Assembly: GCA_015232405.1 (NCBI GenBank)
Contig: JADFZS010000012.1
Location: 276 to 64,275 of the forward strand
Source: Magnetococcales bacterium
GTDB taxonomy: Bacteria > Pseudomonadota > Magnetococcia > Magnetococcales > JADFYX01
Direction of reading: 5' to 3'
DNA length: 64,000 nucleotides
Position 1 is the stretch's first letter. Each line of letters begins with the position of its first letter. Positions 19,455 through 27,208 of the stretch are shown here, one piece after another. The position numbers and the translations under genes were made by a program. The notes under the pieces are model-generated. The model made no database searches, was not told where the DNA came from, and saw only the letters and a list, made by a program, of their open reading frames with translations.

Positions 19455-20588
19455 TTACCTACGTTTAGGATCTATTTTGGATGCTGTATAAAGCTTATCA
19501 ATACCACCTTTTGCAATAACCCTGTTTACAACAGGCAACAGATCAACATCACCCATTGCTACAACATAGGCATCGTTATTTGTTAACAGCCTTTTTTTAT
19601 CAACATATACCATTCTACTATCGGGCCATCGGCTGGCTATTAGCTCATCTGTAATAAAATAGACATTCTCTCTACTTGGGTCGGCCATTAGTTCATGAAC
19701 ATAAGCTGGAATTTCTGTACTGGTGGTGGTAGTTACTATATTACTTTTAGGAAAATTATTAATAATATATTCCACACTGTTAGAGCCATGAACGGCTACT
19801 ATGGTGTTTTTGGCAGAGTTAAGATTATCTCTTGTTCGTGACAAATAACTCTCTTTACCAGATACAAAAGTCCCAAGAGCCAAGCCAGTTGTATAATATG
19901 GTTCAGACAAATATGCTATTTCGGCTCTCTCTTTTGTATGAGAAATCAAGCTTATGGTTAAATCAGCTACACCATAACTCAAAGCTGTAAAGCGTGATTC
20001 AAGGCTTTTTAAACGGGTGAATACTGCTTTTTTACCCATCTCTTTGGCAATTAAGCTACCAAAATCTATTGCTGCTCCATGCCACATTCTTGTTTTTGGG
20101 TTAATTTGGCTGATAAACCCCTGATTATCACGGACCCCAATACGTAGAATTTTATCATCTTGAAACAGGTGGGATATTTGATCATCCCCCAAGTCGGTAT
20201 TTTGCAAATTGGTGTGGTTTTTTAGTTGAGTTGATAAATCCTGACAGCGACCATCAGCTCTGTATTCCTCTTTTATCAGATTTTCCGAATCTAAAGATAT
20301 TGCCTCAACACGCCACACATTTTTATTTGATTTTGCTCGGGACCTTTTCTCAATAAGTTTTGCCAGTGTATTGCGATATAGTGATTTTAATTCGCTGTTT
20401 TTACTGCTTTTTTCATAGAACCAAAAAGGGGGACAGACCTTCATACGCACCAAAAGCTCATCCCCAGCTTCCTGCTGGGAAGTCACCTTGGTTTTGGCTT
20501 TGGTTAATGAAGGAGATATTGAAAAAATGTATACAAATAGAGTAGCAACAAGAAAAATTACTACATGACTTAGATATTGATTGCTCAT
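19455..20588 (-). CDS. periplasmic substrate-binding protein, SBP_bac_3-like, with an N-terminal anchor and a ~130-aa extension
   Basis: 377 aa with an N-terminal hydrophobic segment and ILRIGVRDNQGF...WHGAAIDFGSLIAKEMGKKAVF...GVADLTISLISHTKERAE...YYTTGLAL. It lies 23 nt downstream of the MBL/CNB gene. Confidence 0.7.
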   Translation of the reverse strand: MSNQYLSHVVIFLVATLFVYIFSISPSLTKAKTKVTSQQEAGDELLVRMKVCPPFWFYEKSSKNSELKSLYRNTLAKLIEKRSRAKSNKNVWRVEAISLDSENLIKEEYRADGRCQDLSTQLKNHTNLQNTDLGDDQISHLFQDDKILRIGVRDNQGFISQINPKTRMWHGAAIDFGSLIAKEMGKKAVFTRLKSLESRFTALSYGVADLTISLISHTKERAEIAYLSEPYYTTGLALGTFVSGKESYLSRTRDNLNSAKNTIVAVHGSNSVEYIINNFPKSNIVTTTTSTEIPAYVHELMADPSRENVYFITDELIASRWPDSRMVYVDKKRLLTNNDAYVVAMGDVDLLPVVNRVIAKGGIDKLYTASKIDPKRR

Positions 20589-20611
20589 TAACTGATGCCT
20601 GGATATCTCAG

Positions 20612-23242
20612 TTAGAAAATCTCTATCGCATTCAATATTCCCCCACAGCGGTGGTCATCAGTTAGAAAATGTTTAACCAACCTACTTTGAAAATAGCGGG
20701 AGAACTGTTTGGCTACTGTTGCTGGCTGAGTGTCGATTAAAATTAACATCTCCTGGAATGTATCTATTATTACCTTATGTTTCTTTTTATGGTTGTCAGC
20801 TTCAGGGGTAGAGGCTTTTGTATAGAGCTTCTCTTCAGCTTTGAAACATGACTCCATCTGTTTAATAAATTTTTTCAGGCTTGTTTTCTGTTTGGTTATC
20901 TTTGCCGACTCTTCCACAGCAACTGTTAGATACTCGCTGCCTAGTTCAAAAAGATTGTGATGTCGATCATCAATGCTCTTTACCCCTACCCGATAGGCAT
21001 CACGCCATAAAAGTGTTGTCGATGTGTTTACATCCGGGTTTAATATGGAACGGCGACGTCTCTCAGATCTTTCAAGTAGTTTCCATCGCACAATAGGAAT
21101 ATCACGAACCAACTTTGAAGGAATTGTATAAATTTCCACATCTCCATTGGTTTTAACGTCATAAGTTTGTGGTCTTTCAAAAAGAGCCGACTCCTCACCA
21201 AAATAATCACCAGGCCCTAATGATTCAATGATATCATTATCCACCATACATGAGACCTGTCCCGATTTAATCAGGTTTAAGGAGTGTTTACCTTTCAGTT
21301 TTATTAATTTGTTACCTTTAAAGTTCTTAACTTCTATAGACTGGGCAATTTGACTCTGCTTTGGATAGGAGATAGCTTCACCAAATAACTCTGTATTTTG
21401 CAAAAATTCACGAAGTTGATGAATAGCTTTAATCTGGTTGTAGTAGTTGTTTTTCTTCACAAAACCAAGATAGAGACGACCGGGCAGGCGTATAGCCCTT
21501 ACAAAACTAGAAGCCCTATATGTCTGTTGAGATATGCTACGGTATAAACAGGATAGTTCTCCAAGTAGACTACCAGCAGAAAGAACGCCGGAAACCCCTA
21601 AACCACCGTGTAAAGTCTCCACTGTACCAGTTAGAACAAGGTAAATATCGTCACTTATCTCCTGCTCTTTATATATAATACTGCCAGGATTAAATGTAAT
21701 TACCTCATTATTTAATAGGCTTCTGATCTGATTTTGTGGTGCATCAGGAAAATATGAGCACATATAATCAATGGCCTCTCTCATGGCCGACTCGGTATAA
21801 TCAGGTATCAATATGTCAGTAGTACCAAAGGAGGCACTTGATCCTATTTTCCGTTGCTCACCAGTAAGTGGCGTAGAAGTGTGTGAAAGAATTATTTTTT
21901 TTGATTTATCACCTCTGAAATCTGTGGCAAACCCATGAATCATACCACCGCCAATATCAATTTTTTTAAGATTCGCTGGCAGTTGGTATTTCTCTAGAAC
22001 CTGCTCATAAAACTCCTTTGTCACCCCTTGTTTATCATCATCTTTACTTATCATGCCTTCTAGAACACTCAAGGAGACTATATCGGCATAGTGGGCATAA
22101 GAGTGGTAGCCATCCTCTGCCAAAGTACGAAAAACAAATATATTGGTCTCAACAGGGTGCGGTGAATAGAGAGGTTTAATTTCTAAACCCTCAAAATCAT
22201 TCCATTCATCAGCTTCCAAATCGTGTGTTTCAAAATAGTGATAGAAATCTTCCTCTTCAATTGAAAGAAGTACCGCAAGTTTTTTGGCGACAGAAGCTCG
22301 AACTAGAGGAGTGGAAAAATATTTAATCCTATGACCTGCCCTGATAAGGGCGGTGATACCACAAAAATGGTCATCATGGGCATGGGTATGAAAGATACCT
22401 TTAATCTCACTTATGCCAATTCCCAGTGATTCCAAGCTGTAGAGAATATTGGGGCCAGCATCAATAAGATATAACTGTCCCTGATACATAAGAATACTGG
22501 ACATACAGGGACGGTTGATATCCCAACCATCACCTTCACCTGAGTGGATAACCCCAAAGTACTCTCTTTTAAATTGATATTGGCCAAGGGGGTATGGGGG
22601 TGTGTAACTTTCACCAGCAGCAAGATTTAAATCAACAGATACAGTCTCATCCTTATAACTGATTTCAAAAATATTCAGTTGAACCCTACGAATTTCCACC
22701 CCTTCACAAATTTCAATGGTTGTATTCTCAAGAGGAATGGAATCCAGCAAGCTATCTGAAGGGCGGATACTACCAAAAGCAAATTTTAATTTAAGCCGCA
22801 TCATCTCATCGGCCTGCTCTTCAGATATACCAGTCTCAAGTATCTCCTCTTTGGAGATCAAGCCGTAGTTACCACGATAGATATAACCCATCTGTGCTTG
22901 CACCTGATCTGGTGCACCAATTAAACGGGGTTTTACCCCGGTATTATTGGGATGGTTGGGTATGATCATACCTTGACGGTAGAGCATTTGCAGCACCGGA
23001 AACTCAGCCAAATTGGAAAAGTGACCATTTTGTACTAGAACATCAGACAATAATATGGTGTTGGGGCCAGTCTCAAATGTTGCACCGTCCTGCTCTGTGT
23101 TGACTATTAAACCCCTTTTCATCAAATGTTTAACAGAATCTGCCGGACAGCCACAGAGCATATAAAGATCAACTTCAGGTACTGCGATCCAGTACATACC
23201 ATTTGTAATGTTAATTTTTGTTATTCTTTTGATTTGTTTCAT
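20612..23242 (-). CDS. multidomain protein: N-terminal unknown domain, MBL-fold hydrolase, 2x cNMP-binding, hemerythrin-like; candidate cNMP-regulated phosphodiesterase
   Basis: HTHAHDDH (HxHxDH). Two CNB domains (GSLLGELSCL...; GDYFGEESALFERPQTYDV). The C-terminal LLWRDAYRVGVKSIDDRHHNLFEL...CFKAEE...HKKKH...VKHFLTDDH is hemerythrin-like. I chose the ATG at 23242, 8 nt after GGGAGGA, over the track start at 23281. Confidence 0.82.
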   Translation of the reverse strand: MKQIKRITKINITNGMYWIAVPEVDLYMLCGCPADSVKHLMKRGLIVNTEQDGATFETGPNTILLSDVLVQNGHFSNLAEFPVLQMLYRQGMIIPNHPNNTGVKPRLIGAPDQVQAQMGYIYRGNYGLISKEEILETGISEEQADEMMRLKLKFAFGSIRPSDSLLDSIPLENTTIEICEGVEIRRVQLNIFEISYKDETVSVDLNLAAGESYTPPYPLGQYQFKREYFGVIHSGEGDGWDINRPCMSSILMYQGQLYLIDAGPNILYSLESLGIGISEIKGIFHTHAHDDHFCGITALIRAGHRIKYFSTPLVRASVAKKLAVLLSIEEEDFYHYFETHDLEADEWNDFEGLEIKPLYSPHPVETNIFVFRTLAEDGYHSYAHYADIVSLSVLEGMISKDDDKQGVTKEFYEQVLEKYQLPANLKKIDIGGGMIHGFATDFRGDKSKKIILSHTSTPLTGEQRKIGSSASFGTTDILIPDYTESAMREAIDYMCSYFPDAPQNQIRSLLNNEVITFNPGSIIYKEQEISDDIYLVLTGTVETLHGGLGVSGVLSAGSLLGELSCLYRSISQQTYRASSFVRAIRLPGRLYLGFVKKNNYYNQIKAIHQLREFLQNTELFGEAISYPKQSQIAQSIEVKNFKGNKLIKLKGKHSLNLIKSGQVSCMVDNDIIESLGPGDYFGEESALFERPQTYDVKTNGDVEIYTIPSKLVRDIPIVRWKLLERSERRRRSILNPDVNTSTTLLWRDAYRVGVKSIDDRHHNLFELGSEYLTVAVEESAKITKQKTSLKKFIKQMESCFKAEEKLYTKASTPEADNHKKKHKVIIDTFQEMLILIDTQPATVAKQFSRYFQSRLVKHFLTDDHRCGGILNAIEIF

Positions 23243-23594
23243 TTTAATCGTCCTCCCACTCTTCCCTCGGACAAACTCCACCTATTTTACAAGGCCCTTA
23301 AGCATAAAAATGATGTAACTTACTGTAACCAGACAAATTACATCCATCAACATCTATTAGACCAGTATACACAATTAATAATCAATTAGAAATTTTTCCT
23401 GATTTTTTATATATAGATGAAGCAAATTTATCATTTAGAATAAAAAAATAAAAATTCGACAATAATCTTTACATTTCCCTGTTACCAAGATGGAAAACAA
23501 GATATGCTAAAGATAACATGGGAATGGAGCATCTATGATAAAGATCATTATTGTAAAGTAACACTCTTTTTTTTAAGTCCAACGTGACAATATT

Positions 23595-24893
23595 ATGGAA
23601 CCAAGATCTGAAGAAGAGTCTCAACTAGCTCAGGCTAACTTTGAACTGCGCCACCTCCGGGAGACTGTCCAGGCGCAACAGGAAGCCATGGCTGACCTAT
23701 CCCACAAAAGTGGGCGAGAAATTCAAAAAGTTATCAGCAGCCAAGCAGGTGAGATGCGTCAGTATAAAGATACAATTGCATCCTTACGTAAAGAGTTAGA
23801 AGAGTTACAGTTTGAAAAAGGAAAAAGTGTACAAATAGCAATTGCTGAAGGTAATCGTGAATCAACCAACCTGCAATCCACAATCTCGGCCCTGCGAGAT
23901 GAGATGGAGAATATCAACTTTGATAAGCAGAGTGAAGTACAAACAGCAAAAAGCTATGGCACTTTGGAGATCAAACAGCTTAAAGAGACTGTGGCTGCCT
24001 TGCGTGATGAGATGGAAAATGTCCGTCACGAAAAACATACTGAGATTCAATCAGCTGTGCAACAGGGTAAGATGCAAGCATTGCAACTAGAAAATACCAT
24101 TGCAGCATTAAGAGTAGAACTTGACGAACTAGCCCATAGGATGCGCGCTCAGGTTCAGGAAGCATTGGCAAGTGGTCACCAAGAAATTTTACAATTAAAA
24201 GATACCGTAACAGCCCTTAGAGACAAAGTTGAAGAGGTGCAGTTTGAAAAACGCCAAGAAGTACAAAACACCCTGATAAAAGGCCATCGAGAGGCAACCC
24301 AACTACAGGAGACTATCTCTTCACTGCGGGATGTGTTGGATGACCAAAAACATGAACAACGCAAAGAGGTTCAAGCCACTTTGGTACAAGGACACCAAGA
24401 GGCAGTACAGCTACAGGCTACCATATCTTCTTTAAGAGTTAATATGGATGAGCTGCAATATTCAAAACAGCGTGAGGTTCAAGAGGCCGTTTCAATCGGT
24501 CACCGGGAAGCGCAGCACCTTCAAAGCACAATCACCGCCATTCGGGACGGAATGGATAATATGAGCTATGAAAAAGGCAAGGAGGTACAGTCGGCAAAAC
24601 TGTTTGGTCATACCGAAATAAATCAACTAAAAGAGACCACTTCAGCACTGCGTGACCAACTCGACGAACTGAACTACCAAAAGAGTCGTGCTGTCCAAGC
24701 TACACAAAAAGATGCAAGTTTAGAGATAGATCAGCTTCACAATACTGTATCTTCTCTCCGTGATGAGATGAACAACCTACAGACATCATACGAAAAAGAG
24801 ATAGAGTCCATGAAACAGGTCGCTCAGGGGGAGCGTCGGCAATTACAAGAGATGATAAGCGTCCTACGAGATAAATTGGAGCAGAGAGTATGA
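23595..24893 (+). CDS. 36-residue tandem-repeat alpha-helical protein (function unknown)
   Basis: 432 aa, made almost entirely of units such as VQxxxxxGHxExxQLxxTIxxLRDxMxxxxxEKxxE. The stop overlaps the cyclase start (ATGA). Confidence 0.8.
   Translation: MEPRSEEESQLAQANFELRHLRETVQAQQEAMADLSHKSGREIQKVISSQAGEMRQYKDTIASLRKELEELQFEKGKSVQIAIAEGNRESTNLQSTISALRDEMENINFDKQSEVQTAKSYGTLEIKQLKETVAALRDEMENVRHEKHTEIQSAVQQGKMQALQLENTIAALRVELDELAHRMRAQVQEALASGHQEILQLKDTVTALRDKVEEVQFEKRQEVQNTLIKGHREATQLQETISSLRDVLDDQKHEQRKEVQATLVQGHQEAVQLQATISSLRVNMDELQYSKQREVQEAVSIGHREAQHLQSTITAIRDGMDNMSYEKGKEVQSAKLFGHTEINQLKETTSALRDQLDELNYQKSRAVQATQKDASLEIDQLHNTVSSLRDEMNNLQTSYEKEIESMKQVAQGERRQLQEMISVLRDKLEQRV
23721..24890 (+). 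repeat. in-frame 108-bp (36-aa) tandem repeats: 10 full units plus a partial unit
   Basis: The units start at IQKV, VQIA, VQTA, IQSA, VQEA, VQNT, VQAT, VQEA, VQSA, VQAT and IESM. Each is exactly 36 residues with no indels. Confidence 0.85.
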
Positions 24894-27181
24894 CAACACC
24901 AACTAATAAAACCACTGAGACCAGAAGCACAACTTCACAGTATAAAAAGCAACTACACCAAATGGAGATGCTCCTTGATATCTCCAAACAGGTTGCTTCT
25001 CACGATACCCTTGATGAGATGTTGCGCACTATTGTGGAACTTATAACAGATAAAACTGATTCTGAACGTGGTTCTATATTTCTCAACGACAATCTAACCA
25101 ACGAACTCTATTCTCGTTATGCCCAAGGCAATATCCAGAGAGAAATCAGGATTCTCAATGATCACGGTATTGCTGGTCATGTTTTTCAAACTGGTGAAGG
25201 GGCCATCATACTAGATGCCTATAACGATGAAAGATTTGACTCTGCTACCGACCAAGAGACAGGGTTTACGACAAAAAGCATAATCTGTGCTCCCATACGA
25301 ACAGCAAAAGGCCAAATTATTGGTGTTGTACAGGCTCTAAACAAAAAAGAGGGTGATTTTACCGAGAGTGACCTCAAACTTGTTGAGACAATGACCACCC
25401 AAACAGCGGTCATTCTAGAAAGCACGCAAAACTTGGAGCGGATGGAGATTACCAGAAAGCAAGAACTGCTATTTTTGGATATGGTTTCTGACATCACCTC
25501 TGAAATTGAAATTGACTCCCTGCTACAAAAAGTTATCAGCGAATCAACAAAAATGCTCAGTGCCGATAGAGGTACTCTTTTTATAAACGATGAAAAGAGC
25601 AACGAGCTATTTTCTCGTGTTGCCATGGGTAACTCAATTGGCGAGATTCGTCTTCCAAATACCGCCGGTATTGCTGGTGCTGTTTTTACATCTGGAGAGA
25701 CAATCAACATTCCCTATGCCTATGCTGATCTCCGTTTCAACCCATCATTTGATAAGCAAACTGGTTATTTCACTCGCTCTATTCTCTGTGTGCCAGTTGT
25801 AAATAAAGAGGGTAAAACTATCGGTGTTACCCAGATGCTCAATAAAAAAGGTGGTACTTTCACACCAGAAGATGAAGCAAGACTAAAAGCCTTTACCGCT
25901 CAGGTATCCATAGCCTTAGAGAATGCCAAGCTCTTTGAAGACATACAAAACATGAAAAACTACAATGAAAGTATGCTTGAAAGTATGTCAAATGGTGTTG
26001 TAACGATAAATGATGAAGGTATAATAGCTACGTGCAATGCTGCCGGTTTGCGCTTACTAAAAGTTCACCATACAGAGATTCTTAAAAAAGAGGCAAAGGA
26101 GTTTTTTGTTGGTGATAACCTCTGGATAATGGAGAAAGTGGAACAGATATCAGAAAACCCAGAGGGATTCAACATGATGGATGTTGATGTTATGGCTGGT
26201 GGTGAAAAAATGTCCACCAACATGACCATACTGCCATTGGTAAGTGGCGAAGAAAAAGCCCTTGGTACAATGATAATGATTGAGGATATTAGTGGCGAAA
26301 AACGTATGAAGTCCACGATGTCCCGCTACATGGACCCTGGCCTTGCAGATCAGCTAATGGATGGTGGAGAGGATCTATTAGGTGGTAAAAGTGTGGAAGC
26401 TACTGTTGTATTTACAGATATCCGTAGTTTTACCACTTTAACTGAAGAGCTCGGTCCTCAAGGAACAGTTCTTCTGCTGAATGAATATTTTACTATCATG
26501 GTGGAATGTATATCCAAAGAGGGTGGCATGTTGGATAAATTTATCGGTGATGCCATGATGGCTGCCTTTGGCCTGCCACTAGCCCACGATGATGATGAAG
26601 ACCGCGCGGTACGTGCAGCAATCGATATGATTGTTAAGCTAAATGAGTATAATGCTGCCAGAGCTAAAGAAGGTAAAATGCCAGTATTAATGGGCATTGG
26701 TTTAAATACTGATACCGTAGTATCTGGTAACATTGGCTCACCAAAACGTATGGATTACACTATGATTGGCGACGGCGTTAATCTGGCCGCTCGTCTGGAG
26801 AGTGCCTGTAAACAGTATTCGGCCCAGATATTGGTCAGTGAAAGAACAGTTAGCAAACTCAAAGGAACCTATCGTATCAGACCAGTAGATTTAGTTGTTG
26901 TTAAGGGTAAAACCAAGCCTGTTGCAATTTTTGAGGTTCTCGACTACCACACTGAGGAGACCTTCCCCAACCTTATGGAGGCTGTCAACCATTTCAAGAG
27001 CGGCCTAGATCTCTATCGTAAAGGTAACTTTACTAAGTCAATTCAGGCATTTAATGAGGCAATTAAACTGAACCCCAATGATAAACTTGCGGATATGTAT
27101 ATTGGTCGCTGCAACGATCTTATTGCGGACCCTCCACCAGCAGATGAGTGGAACGGTGTTTGGGTAATGAAATCTAAATAA
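24890..27181 (+). CDS. GAF-GAF-PAS class III adenylate/guanylate cyclase with a C-terminal TPR-like tail (CyaB1-like architecture)
   Basis: 763 aa with two GAF domains (GIAGHVFQTGE..., GIAGAVFTSGE...), a PAS-like segment, and a cyclase core: VVFTDIRSFTTLTE...DKFIGDAMMAAFG...GNIGSPKRMDYTMIGDGVNLAARLES. Confidence 0.9.
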   Translation: MTTPTNKTTETRSTTSQYKKQLHQMEMLLDISKQVASHDTLDEMLRTIVELITDKTDSERGSIFLNDNLTNELYSRYAQGNIQREIRILNDHGIAGHVFQTGEGAIILDAYNDERFDSATDQETGFTTKSIICAPIRTAKGQIIGVVQALNKKEGDFTESDLKLVETMTTQTAVILESTQNLERMEITRKQELLFLDMVSDITSEIEIDSLLQKVISESTKMLSADRGTLFINDEKSNELFSRVAMGNSIGEIRLPNTAGIAGAVFTSGETINIPYAYADLRFNPSFDKQTGYFTRSILCVPVVNKEGKTIGVTQMLNKKGGTFTPEDEARLKAFTAQVSIALENAKLFEDIQNMKNYNESMLESMSNGVVTINDEGIIATCNAAGLRLLKVHHTEILKKEAKEFFVGDNLWIMEKVEQISENPEGFNMMDVDVMAGGEKMSTNMTILPLVSGEEKALGTMIMIEDISGEKRMKSTMSRYMDPGLADQLMDGGEDLLGGKSVEATVVFTDIRSFTTLTEELGPQGTVLLLNEYFTIMVECISKEGGMLDKFIGDAMMAAFGLPLAHDDDEDRAVRAAIDMIVKLNEYNAARAKEGKMPVLMGIGLNTDTVVSGNIGSPKRMDYTMIGDGVNLAARLESACKQYSAQILVSERTVSKLKGTYRIRPVDLVVVKGKTKPVAIFEVLDYHTEETFPNLMEAVNHFKSGLDLYRKGNFTKSIQAFNEAIKLNPNDKLADMYIGRCNDLIADPPPADEWNGVWVMKSK

Positions 27182-27208
27182 ACTATTTTCAAGCAATTTT
27201 TATTAAAA

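Noticed and set aside
23721-24890. Periodic 108-bp repeats, considered as a CRISPR-like or satellite array.
   Set aside because: The repeats are contiguous with no spacers, in frame, and encode a conserved 36-aa unit. This is a coding tandem repeat, not a CRISPR array.
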